DNA of 64,000 nucleotides from the NCBI GenBank assembly GCA_000002445.1, contig CP000070.1, positions 2,080,001 to 2,144,000 on the forward strand. The letters run 5' to 3'. Both the position numbers and the translations under genes were made by a program. Origin of the DNA: Trypanosoma brucei. Lineage: Eukaryota. This document shows, in pieces, positions 43,779-53,006 of the stretch (position 1 is its first letter; each line of letters opens with the position of its first letter). The notes beneath the pieces were generated by a model. It did not search any database and had not been told where the DNA came from. It saw nothing but the letters and a program-made list of their open reading frames with translations.

Positions 43779-46700
43779 TTATCGCACTTCGGAAAGTGAC
43801 GCAACCCACTTGGCGGCATCCCCTACCATCTCCTCCAACAGATTTTCAAGAGCATGACCTAACACCAACTGCGTGATTCCTGCACGGCGACTGTCCATGC
43901 CGAGTGTACCGGCACGACTTCCTGCATAGCACGGCGATCCCAGAGACCTTTGAGTCCCAGAATTCCCCAGACCATCTTCTCCACCTACCGCCAAAAGCGA
44001 TGCAGACGCTGAAGATGATAAGGCCCCATTACCGTCGTTACGCTCGAAAAGATTCTCGCGCAACCGCGCCTCACAGTAAAAGTCCTCCGCATTGTTGGTG
44101 CCCTTGCGCACCAGCTCTGTATAATGGTATGCAAGAAATCGAATATCACTGGGTTGTAGCCTCCCAAAGAGGCACTGTGGGGAGACGAGGCCAGCCGACC
44201 GCGACAGAGCCTCCTCTGAGGATAGAAAGGCTTCCTCATACCAAACGAACTCGTCCAGTCGCTGCAACTTCTCCCTTGAGGCCACTGTGATATAGTCGGA
44301 GGCTAGCCTTTCAGCCAAAGCACTGAGGCCCGCACGCCATTCTCCGGACAGCCCCCCCTCCCCCATCGCCGCAGCGGCAACCGAAATAATACTTTGGCTT
44401 AAAGTGCTCTCAATTGTTGAATAGGAAAGCAGACCGGGATGCGCTAAAGCCTCCAATGCCGTCCCCGCTCCCTCTACCAAGTAGTTGATAACAGAATCTA
44501 CCATGAACGCAGTGAACCGCTTCTCACAATTTCCAGCGTGCGCACTATACAGCAAAGAGGGGTCTGAAGGCGTAACCGTACCACTGTGCTCACCTTGCTT
44601 TTCAACCAAACGATTGGCACCACCCTCAGCAATAGACAACTCTACCACTGAATATATAGAAGGTGACTCACTAGAACCACTGATTACGCAATCAACAGAC
44701 GCAACACCAGCACCATTTAATTCGCCGACACAACTAAGCGTACCCTGGGTACCACAGTCGGGGCTTGGCAATGCACAGCTTCCGTACAACGTAGAGCTCC
44801 CGCCATAATAAAACTCAGAAGTTCCGGAAGAACAAACATCGTTATTAATCAGCATAGCAACGGTACTTATTCCGCTCGACAACACGTATTCCGTCACAGC
44901 CTCAGCAGCACCAACACAAGCTTCACCTCCACGAAAAGTATCCAGCAACGACATAGACATCACAGATTCCAACTCACCGCTATAGGCCACATCATCAACG
45001 ACACAACCAAAGCTACAAACGCCACCACAACAAACAGATGTAGCATCTTCGAAGCACTCTGATATCAAATTTACACACAAAGAACGCAAGCAATCAATAA
45101 TAAAAAGCTTATCACCAAACACTGCCGCCCCTTCACCATCAACCCCCAACTGTTCATCCTCTTCAGCCTTGAGACGAGATTCCTCTTCAGCCTTGAAACG
45201 AGCTTCCTCTTCAGCCTTGAGACGAGCTTCCTCTTCAGCCTTGAGACGAGCTTCCTCTTCAGCCTTGAAACGAGCTTCCTCTTCGGCCTTGAGACGAGCT
45301 TCCTCTTCAGCCTTGAAACGAGCTTCCTCTTCAGCCTTGAGACGAGCTTCCTCTTCAGCCTTGAAACGAGCTTCCTCTTCAGCCTTGAGACGAGCTTCCT
45401 CTTCAGCTTCTAGACGGGCGTCTTCCATTGCACGCGCACTGGCAATATGCCGTGAGAAGGCATCATTAAGGCTTTGCCTTATTATGTCGTCAGAGAGGGC
45501 TCTCACACGATCGATAATGTGTTCTTTACCTTCTAAGAGAGTAACAGCCTCTTCTTCAGCCTTGAGACGAGCTTCCTCTTCAGCCTTGAAACGAGCTTCC
45601 TCTTCAGCCTTGAGACGAGCTTCCTCTTCAGCCTTGACACGAGCCTCCTCTTCAGTTTTGAGACGAGCTTCCTCTTCAGCCTTGAAACGAGCTTCCTCTT
45701 CAGCCTTGAGACGAGCTTCCTCTTCAGCTTCTAGACGGGCGTCTTCCATTGCACGCGCACTGGCAATATGCCGTGAGAAGGCATCATTAAGGCTTTGCCT
45801 TATTATGTCGTCAGAGAGGGCTCTCACAAGATCGATAATGTGTTCTTTACCTTCTAAGAGAGTAACAGCCTCTTCTTCAGCCTTGACACGAGCCTCCTCT
45901 TCAGCCTTGAGACGAGCTTCCTCTTCAGCCTTGAAACGAGCTTCCTCTTCAGCCTTGAGACGAGCTTCCTCTTCAGCCTTGAAACGAGCTTCCTCTTCAG
46001 CCTTGAGACGAGCTTCCTCTTCAGCCTTGAAACGAGCTTCCTCTTCAGCCTTGACACGAGCTTCCTCTTCAGCCTTGAAACGAGCTTCCTCTTCAGCCTT
46101 GAAACGAGCTTCCTCTTCAGCTTCTAGACGGGCGTCTTCCATTGCACGCGCACTGGCAATATGCCGTGAGAAGGCATCATTAAGGCTTTGCCTTATTATG
46201 TCGTCAGAGAGGGCTCTCACACGATCGATAATGTGTTCTTTACCTTCTAAGAGAGTAACAGCCCCTTCTTCAGCCTTGACACGAGCTTCCTCTTCAGCCT
46301 TGAAACGAGCTTCCTCTTCAGCCTTGACACGAGCTTCCTCTTCAGCCTTGAAACGAGCTTCCTCTTCAGCCTTGAGACGAGCCTCCTCTTCAGCCTTGAG
46401 ACGAGCTTCCTCTTCAGCCTTGAGACGAGCTTCCTCTTCAGCCTTGACACGAGCTTCCTCTTCAGCTTCTAGACGGGCGTCTTCCATTGCACGCGCACTG
46501 GCAATATGCCGTGAGAAGGCATCATTAAGGCTTTGCCTTATTATGTCGTCAGAGAGGGCTCTCACACGATCGATAATGTGTTCTTTACCTTCTAAGAGAG
46601 TAACAGCCTCTTCTTCAGCCTTGACACGAGCCTCCTCTTCAGCCTTGAAACGAGCTTCCTCTTCAGCCTTGAAACGAGCTTCCTCTTCAGCCTTGAAACG

Positions 46701-49700
46701 AGCTTCCTCTTCAGCCTTGAGACGAGCTTCCTCTTCAGCCTTGAGACGAGCTTCCTCTTCAGCCTTGAGACGAGCTTCCTCTTCAGCCTTGAAACGAGCC
46801 TCTTCTTCAGCCTTGACACGAGCCTCCTCTTCAGTTTTGAGACGAGCTTCCTCTTCAGCCTTGAAACGAGCTTCCTCTTCAGCTTCTAGACGGGCGTCTT
46901 CCATTGCACGCGCACTGGCAATATGCCGTGAGAAGGCATCATTAAGGCTTTGCCTTATTATGTCGTCAGAGAGGGCTCTCACACGATCGATAATGTGTTC
47001 TTTACCTTCTAAGAGAGTAACAGCCCCTTCTTCAGCCTTGACACGAGCTTCCTCTTCAGCCTTGAAACGAGCTTCCTCTTCAGCCTTGACACGAGCTTCC
47101 TCTTCAGCCTTGAAACGAGCTTCCTCTTCAGCCTTGAGACGAGCTTCCTCTTCAGCCTTGAGACGAGCTTCCTCTTCAGCCTTGAAACGAGCTTCCTCTT
47201 CAGCTTCTAGACGGGCGTCTTCCATTGCACGCGCACTGGCAATATGCCGTGAGAAGGCATCATTAAGGCTTTGCCTTATTATGTCGTCAGAGAGGGCTCT
47301 CACACGATCGATAATGTGTTCTTTACCTTCTAAGAGAGTAACAGCCTCTTCTTCAGCCTTGACACGAGCTTCCTCTTCAGCCTTGAAACGAGCTTCCTCT
47401 TCAGCCTTGAGACGAGCTTCCTCTTCAGCCTTGAGACGAGATTCCTCTTCAGCCTTGAGACGAGCTTCCTCTTCAGCCTTGAAACGAGCTTCCTCTTCAG
47501 CCTTGAGACGAGCTTCCTCTTCAGCCTTGAGACGAGCTTCCTCTTCAGCTTCTAGACGGGCGTCTTCCATTGCACGCGCACTGGCAATATGCCGTGAGAA
47601 GGCATCATTAAGGCTTTGCCTTATTATGTCGTCAGAGAGGGCTCTCACACGATCGATAATGTGTTGTTTACCTTCTAAGAGAGTAACAGCCTCTTCTTCG
47701 GCCTTGAGACGAGCTTCCTCTTCAGCCTTGAGACGAGCTTCCTCTTCAGCCTTGAAACGAGCTTCCTCTTCAGCCTTGAAACGAGCTTCCTCTTCAGCCT
47801 TGAGACGAGATTCCTCTTCAGCCTTGAGACGAGCTTCCTCTTCAGCCTTGAGACGAGCTTCCTCTTCAGCCTTGAGACGAGCTTCCTCTTCAGCCTTGAG
47901 ACGAGATTCCTCTTCAGCCTTGAGACGAGCTTCCTCTTCAGCCTTGAGACGAGCTTCCTCTTCAGCCTTGAGACGAGCTTCCTCTTCAGCTTCTAGACGG
48001 GCGTCTTCCATTGCACGCGCACTGGCAATATGCCGTGAGAAGGCATCATTAAGGCTTTGCCTTATTATGTCGTCAGAGAGGGCTCTCACACGATCGATAA
48101 TGTGTTCTTTACCTTCTAAGAGAGTAACAGCCTCTTCTTCAGCCTTGACACGAGCTTCCTCTTCAGCTTTGATTCGTGCCTCTTCTTCAGCTTTGATTCG
48201 TGCCTCTTCTTCAGCTTTGATTCGTGCCTCTTCTTCAGCTTTGATTCGTGCCTCTTCTTCAGCTTTGATTCGTGCCTCTTCTTCAGCTCTGATTCGTGCC
48301 TCTTCTTCAGCTTTGATTCGTGCCTCTTCTTCAGCTCTGAGTCTCGCCTCTTCTTCAGCTCTGAGTCTCGCCTCTTCTTCAGCTTTGATTCGTGCCTCTT
48401 CTTCAGCTTTGATTCGTGCCTCTTCTTCAGCTCTGATTCGTGCCTCTTCTTCAGCTCTGATTCGTGCCTCTTCTTCAGCTCTGAGTCTCGCCTCTTCTTC
48501 AGCTCTGACTCTCGCCTCTTCTTCAGCTTTGAGTCTCGCCTCTTCTTCAGCTCTGATTCGTGCCTCTTCTTCAGCTTTGATTCGTGCCTCTTCTTCAGCT
48601 CTGATTCGTGCCTCTTCTTCAGCTCTGATTCGTGCCTCTTCTTCAGCTCTGAGTCTCGCCTCTTCTTCAGCTCTGACTCTCGCCTCTTCTTCAGCTCTGA
48701 GTCTCGCCTCTTCTTCAGTTCTGAGTCTCGCCTCTTCTTCAGCTTTGATTCGTGCCTCTTCTTCAGCTTTGATTCGTGCCTCTTCTTCAGCTCTGAGTCT
48801 CGCCTCTTCTTCAGCTCTGACTCTCGCCTCTTCTTCAGCTCTGAGTCTCGCCTCTTCTTCAGCTCTGAGTCTCGCCTCTTCTTCAGCTCTGAGTCTCGCC
48901 TCTTCTTCAGCTTTGATTCGTGCCTCTTCTTCAGCTCTGATTCGTGCCTCTTCTTCAGCTCTGATTCGTGCCTCTTCTTCAGCTTTGATTCGTGCCTCTT
49001 CTTCAGCTCTGATTCGTGCCTCTTCTTCAGCTCTGATTCGTGCCTCTTCTTCAGCTCTGAGTCTCGCCTCTTCTTCGAGAGATGGAGCGTGTTGAGAGGC
49101 GTGAATCGTAATTTCCTTTTGTTTTGTGTATGCGTGCTGTGCTGTGGGGTAGTTTGTTTCAATCCGTGAGGTAGTGTGAGTTTGTTTTCGTTCGATTTCC
49201 GTTCGATCGCTAAAATTTTGGCTTTGTGTTTTAGAGCTGTAACTTTTTTCTTCAAAATGTTTTGTTGGTTCGTGTGTTTCTTTTGCTTGTATAGCGAGGG
49301 TTTGTGTTGCTTTGTTTTCTGTTGGTGCCGGGTTTGTGTTTTGTATACTTTGAGTATGTCTTGTGATTGTCGTTCTTTCAGCAGCTGGTTGTCGCGTTAT
49401 GAGCGAGATGGTGTTGAAAGCAGACGGAGCTTCTGTATTGATATTGTTGTGGTTGTTACTTTTCTTGTAGTGTTTGTGTGCTTGTTCATCGTACTTGTTG
49501 TGCCGCTGCTCGTGGATTACTTTTTTCTGTGCGTCTTGTATTATACTTGATGAAAAGCAGTGACTTGTCTCTAGGTTATTACCAATCCCTGTACTTCGAG
49601 GTGGGCACCATGGGTCTGTGAATAGTTTGTTGCTTTGCTGTGACAACTGCACCGACTCTCTTGCTTTGTCTGCTTGTTGCAGCCCGTGGGGACCACTTAC

Positions 49701-50372
49701 TTTTCCTGCTGATGTTGGTTGGTGGTGCAGATGTGCGCTCACATGTTGTGCTGATAGCAAGACTAGTATTTTTTCCTCTCGGAAGGAGGCTGCAATGATA
49801 AGACGCTTCTTCTCGTACTTGTGAACTATCTCGCGGCGGGTGTGTGCTTCAGCTAAGACGACTGCGAACATCGCGGATGAGTGTTTTCGTGTCTCATAAT
49901 CGTCGGAAAGCAGTGATGTTGGAGGCCTTGTGACAGAATCCCCCCTTTTTTGGTATTCCTTCGAGGACCGAGTACCCGCTATGGGGTGCTGTTCTGACAC
50001 AAAACCTGGACCTAGTTGACATCCAGTGTATGCCCGCAGTGTCGGTTGTGTGGTCTCCGTTTGGACGTCATGGCTGCTACTCCGATGGGGCTGTTGAGCG
50101 GTCGTGGTTTTGGTGTCCCGCTTCCTCTTTGAACTGGATATTGGTTCTTCAGCCGCAGCGGCACATGTCCTATCGTGGTTTCCAAGGAACGCTTTCTGCG
50201 CCTCCCTTAATCTATGAATCTCTTCTTTTAGTCCATTAAGCTCCACACGGCTTCCTCCTTCTTTTTTGAGGCGCCTAAACTCTTCTATGAGCCACCCAGT
50301 CCGCTGTATATCTTCCAAGACCGCCAACGCATTAATGCGCACGACCGCCTTATCGCGGTGGGGTGGTGGCAT
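43779..50372 (-). CDS. Giant repeat protein (2197 aa): unique N- and C-domains flanking a predicted ER/K single-alpha-helix array and ~8 larger composite repeats
   Basis: Uninterrupted minus-strand ORF. A central EEEAR[LIFV][KR]A octad is repeated >100 times. Embedded ~45-aa modules read VTLLEGKEHIIDRVRALSDDIIRQSLNDAFSRHIASARAMEDARLE. The C-domain is Cys-rich. Confidence 0.8.
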   Translation of the reverse strand: MPPPHRDKAVVRINALAVLEDIQRTGWLIEEFRRLKKEGGSRVELNGLKEEIHRLREAQKAFLGNHDRTCAAAAEEPISSSKRKRDTKTTTAQQPHRSSSHDVQTETTQPTLRAYTGCQLGPGFVSEQHPIAGTRSSKEYQKRGDSVTRPPTSLLSDDYETRKHSSAMFAVVLAEAHTRREIVHKYEKKRLIIAASFREEKILVLLSAQHVSAHLHHQPTSAGKVSGPHGLQQADKARESVQLSQQSNKLFTDPWCPPRSTGIGNNLETSHCFSSSIIQDAQKKVIHEQRHNKYDEQAHKHYKKSNNHNNINTEAPSAFNTISLITRQPAAERTTITRHTQSIQNTNPAPTENKATQTLAIQAKETHEPTKHFEEKSYSSKTQSQNFSDRTEIERKQTHTTSRIETNYPTAQHAYTKQKEITIHASQHAPSLEEEARLRAEEEARIRAEEEARIRAEEEARIKAEEEARIRAEEEARIRAEEEARIKAEEEARLRAEEEARLRAEEEARLRAEEEARVRAEEEARLRAEEEARIKAEEEARIKAEEEARLRTEEEARLRAEEEARVRAEEEARLRAEEEARIRAEEEARIRAEEEARIKAEEEARIRAEEEARLKAEEEARVRAEEEARLRAEEEARIRAEEEARIRAEEEARIKAEEEARIKAEEEARLRAEEEARLRAEEEARIKAEEEARIRAEEEARIKAEEEARIKAEEEARIKAEEEARIKAEEEARIKAEEEARVKAEEEAVTLLEGKEHIIDRVRALSDDIIRQSLNDAFSRHIASARAMEDARLEAEEEARLKAEEEARLKAEEEARLKAEEESRLKAEEEARLKAEEEARLKAEEEARLKAEEESRLKAEEEARFKAEEEARFKAEEEARLKAEEEARLKAEEEAVTLLEGKQHIIDRVRALSDDIIRQSLNDAFSRHIASARAMEDARLEAEEEARLKAEEEARLKAEEEARFKAEEEARLKAEEESRLKAEEEARLKAEEEARFKAEEEARVKAEEEAVTLLEGKEHIIDRVRALSDDIIRQSLNDAFSRHIASARAMEDARLEAEEEARFKAEEEARLKAEEEARLKAEEEARFKAEEEARVKAEEEARFKAEEEARVKAEEGAVTLLEGKEHIIDRVRALSDDIIRQSLNDAFSRHIASARAMEDARLEAEEEARFKAEEEARLKTEEEARVKAEEEARFKAEEEARLKAEEEARLKAEEEARLKAEEEARFKAEEEARFKAEEEARFKAEEEARVKAEEEAVTLLEGKEHIIDRVRALSDDIIRQSLNDAFSRHIASARAMEDARLEAEEEARVKAEEEARLKAEEEARLKAEEEARLKAEEEARFKAEEEARVKAEEEARFKAEEEARVKAEEGAVTLLEGKEHIIDRVRALSDDIIRQSLNDAFSRHIASARAMEDARLEAEEEARFKAEEEARFKAEEEARVKAEEEARFKAEEEARLKAEEEARFKAEEEARLKAEEEARFKAEEEARLKAEEEARVKAEEEAVTLLEGKEHIIDLVRALSDDIIRQSLNDAFSRHIASARAMEDARLEAEEEARLKAEEEARFKAEEEARLKTEEEARVKAEEEARLKAEEEARFKAEEEARLKAEEEAVTLLEGKEHIIDRVRALSDDIIRQSLNDAFSRHIASARAMEDARLEAEEEARLKAEEEARFKAEEEARLKAEEEARFKAEEEARLKAEEEARFKAEEEARLKAEEEARLKAEEEARFKAEEESRLKAEEDEQLGVDGEGAAVFGDKLFIIDCLRSLCVNLISECFEDATSVCCGGVCSFGCVVDDVAYSGELESVMSMSLLDTFRGGEACVGAAEAVTEYVLSSGISTVAMLINNDVCSSGTSEFYYGGSSTLYGSCALPSPDCGTQGTLSCVGELNGAGVASVDCVISGSSESPSIYSVVELSIAEGGANRLVEKQGEHSGTVTPSDPSLLYSAHAGNCEKRFTAFMVDSVINYLVEGAGTALEALAHPGLLSYSTIESTLSQSIISVAAAAMGEGGLSGEWRAGLSALAERLASDYITVASREKLQRLDEFVWYEEAFLSSEEALSRSAGLVSPQCLFGRLQPSDIRFLAYHYTELVRKGTNNAEDFYCEARLRENLFERNDGNGALSSSASASLLAVGGEDGLGNSGTQRSLGSPCYAGSRAGTLGMDSRRAGITQLVLGHALENLLEEMVGDAAKWVASLSEVR
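45170..48150. repeat. About 8 composite tandem units of 320-442 bp, each a ~135-bp unique module plus a variable number of 24-bp octad sub-repeats
   Basis: The block gcttctagacgggcgtcttccattgcacgcgcactggcaatatgccgtgagaaggcatc... recurs at ~45408, 45728, 46120, 46468, 46882, 47203, 47548 and 47990. Confidence 0.85.
48150..49080. repeat. Near-perfect 24-bp tandem array (~38 units) encoding (EEEAR[IL][RK]A)n
   Basis: Variants gattcgtgcctcttcttcagcttt/ctct, gagtctcgcctcttcttcagctct and gactctcgcctcttcttcagctct repeat head-to-tail. Confidence 0.9.
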
Positions 50373-51550
50373 GCTAGACGAACGATCCCCGTTACTACTT
50401 ATTAATGAAAAGGAAGCTACCCGCTACTGTATAAAGGAGGGGATGCTTTCCCAGTGCATACACATGCGACGAAGAAAAAAAGAGAGTGTCGTCATGGCCC
50501 GAAACGCGTAGGCGAACCAATGGCAGTTAATACCAATATAAGTACGCGGCTCACTCGCAAGGATCTGAAGACATATAGTAGTGTGGGATGTAGCAAACCC
50601 TGAAGCAGCTGATCGAACTGGGAGTGAGGAAAGGAAACATAAAAGGTACGGGACATCTGTGTCGTGGGGGTTTGTTCGTGCACGCATGCAAGCACTTTCT
50701 TTCCGCCCCCTAACAGGAAGCACAGTCAAAGAAGAAGTGTTTGAAAGAACGCACGCTCCCCCCCCACCACATCTATAAATGATGGACCGAGCCTAACCCA
50801 AGTCAATTTCAACAAAGAGAGATATGCCGGAGGGCGCAGAGTACCATACATTCACGGTGCTTACGGTGTGCCAAAGAATGCTTGTATCTCCACATAGATA
50901 CACGCGCGCCCGCGCACTCGGTCAGCGGAACCGCAAAGTTGGTCCGCACGCAATAAAGAGCTATTTCACTCGCATCCCTTTTTTGCAGATTCCCAAGTCC
51001 TTTTAACCACCTCACGCCTCCCCATTTACCTTTTCTTTGTCCTCGTTTATCCTCCCACCTAACGCTTACAATGATAAGTTCGATACCCAATCCATTCGGT
51101 AACACCCAGCAAATGACAGCAAGGTGCGACTTACTTAACAGCGACACTTCACCTGCTACAGTTACTTGTTTCATTTTTTTCAGCTGGCGGAAGCCAAGGT
51201 AAGGCTAAATCTCATACGATCACTATGCTTGGCACGAATCCAGGCTCTCAGCAACTCACGTACAAAGTATTAGTCAACAGGGAATGTTGCCATGCAAGCC
51301 GCAACGCTGTCGAGTATCCTTCCCCCAGACACTCTAACGCGAATCTGTGCGCAGCCTGTGCTAGCGGTAAAAGCAATGGGGGAGGGAGCAGTAACACAGC
51401 AACATTTCCTACAAATTAAATGAACAGTGACGACCTGTCAACGCGCTTCCGCAAGGGCCCAAGCTACAAAGAAATATGGGTTCACAAGTTAAACTACTAA
51501 CGTACTATAATAAATCTCCAACAAGAGTGGTGCCCACCCAAGAGGTAGAT

Positions 51551-52558
51551 TTACTTCTTGACAACAACAATACCCTTTGTCCCTCCGTGAACAAAACATT
51601 CGTCCCACACGTCTGGCATCTTCTCCAAAGAAGGCGCCACGACCGTCGGGTACTTGAACCCCACAGAAGACAGTTGCTGCAAAACAACCTCCAGTTGTGT
51701 CTGCCGCTCTTCATATGAAAGTGACGCTAGATATGATGGAAGAAGGAACCCCTCCATTGTTACCTCGTTAAAGATTATGTTTGACCCGGAGATCATCAGT
51801 CCCACACCGCTTTGTGCACCGTAAGACACTGCGTGACCCCCCTTCCCAAGAAGCCCGAGAAACGTATCGAAGTGCCGGCCACCAATGGCGTTGAGGTACA
51901 GTGCTGCAGCGGAACCACCCAGTGCTTGACGCATCGCTCGGGATCCCTTTCCATTGTACTCGAATACCTCGCTGCCATATTCGGCATGGCGTTGTTTTGC
52001 CTTGTCGAACCGCTCACCCGGGGTACTGGCCGTCAGAACTCGGAAACCGAGGAGTTTACCCAAAGCTGCCACGGCAAGGGATGTAGCACTGCTACCGCCG
52101 TTCTGCACGATGACTTGTCCCTTACGTAAAGATGTAAAACCATTGACGAGGCGATGTGCAGTTATGTAGTTAGAAGCGTTCACCGCAAGTGGAATGTATT
52201 TGGAATCGATTTTATGTACGGAGTTGCAAGGCACGGCAACTCGCGTTGCCCATAACCCATTCAGCGGCGCTACCCAAACTGTGTCCCCTTCCTTTATAAC
52301 ACTGGAGCCGTTGTTGGCGACCACTACACCAACACCCTCAGAGCCACCTACCCTTGGGAAGGAAGGGAGTTGCAGCCGACGTCGACCCAGCACACTGCCA
52401 TTCACCACCGCCGCGTCTACACGGTGAAGCGGTGCTTGTAACACATCAACTACTACTTCGTTCCCTTTTGGAACAATTTCCATGGTCTCGTACTTCAAGA
52501 CATGGGCGATCGGTCCACACCGAGTATACAGCCACGCCTTCGAAGACAGCCTCGACAT
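51551..52558 (-). CDS. Medium-chain dehydrogenase/reductase (quinone oxidoreductase / enoyl-reductase-like)
   Basis: 335 aa. GroES-like N-domain followed by a Rossmann segment VIVQNGGSSATSLAVAALGKLLGFRVL. Overall MDR architecture. Confidence 0.75.
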   Translation of the reverse strand: MSRLSSKAWLYTRCGPIAHVLKYETMEIVPKGNEVVVDVLQAPLHRVDAAVVNGSVLGRRRLQLPSFPRVGGSEGVGVVVANNGSSVIKEGDTVWVAPLNGLWATRVAVPCNSVHKIDSKYIPLAVNASNYITAHRLVNGFTSLRKGQVIVQNGGSSATSLAVAALGKLLGFRVLTASTPGERFDKAKQRHAEYGSEVFEYNGKGSRAMRQALGGSAAALYLNAIGGRHFDTFLGLLGKGGHAVSYGAQSGVGLMISGSNIIFNEVTMEGFLLPSYLASLSYEERQTQLEVVLQQLSSVGFKYPTVVAPSLEKMPDVWDECFVHGGTKGIVVVKK

Positions 52559-53006
52559 TCAAAACTTAAGTTCAAGTGAGTATGATATTAAGTAAAAATA
52601 AACGGCAAGATGTGAGAAAAGTGCAAATAAGGCACACCAGTGGTCGTCACTAAAAATCCGTCCTTGACAATCGGCAACGTTACCTCCCTAGGGGCAAAAG
52701 CGGTGACCGCAGTTGTAGTGAGCATCGAAGCCGACAGAGCGAAACGCACTTCTCTACTGTTCAGAGGTAAGTACACGAAACAACAACAACCACCAAACAC
52801 ACCGCCTCCCGCGATATATATTCCACCATATGATCAAAGAATGTTAACGCCTTACTAACCATAAAGAAAGGACCGTCCATGTGTTCATCCGGTCCGTAAC
52901 CAAAAACCACCACGTGTACAATTCTCTGGAGTTTTATACCTAAAAGTGAAAATAAAAGTGCTACCGGAGGCTAACCTCATTCACTAACAAAGACCTGCTA
53001 GCTAAA

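Noticed and set aside
45169-49095. 1308-aa plus-strand ORF (ASSSALKRASSSALRR...) and a 379-aa minus-strand ORF at 48116-49255 (ELKKRHESELKKRHES...)
   Set aside because: These are alternative-frame or antisense readings of the 24-bp repeat array. A periodic sequence without stop codons stays open in several frames. The sense frame with unique N- and C-domains (43779-50372) is the real gene.
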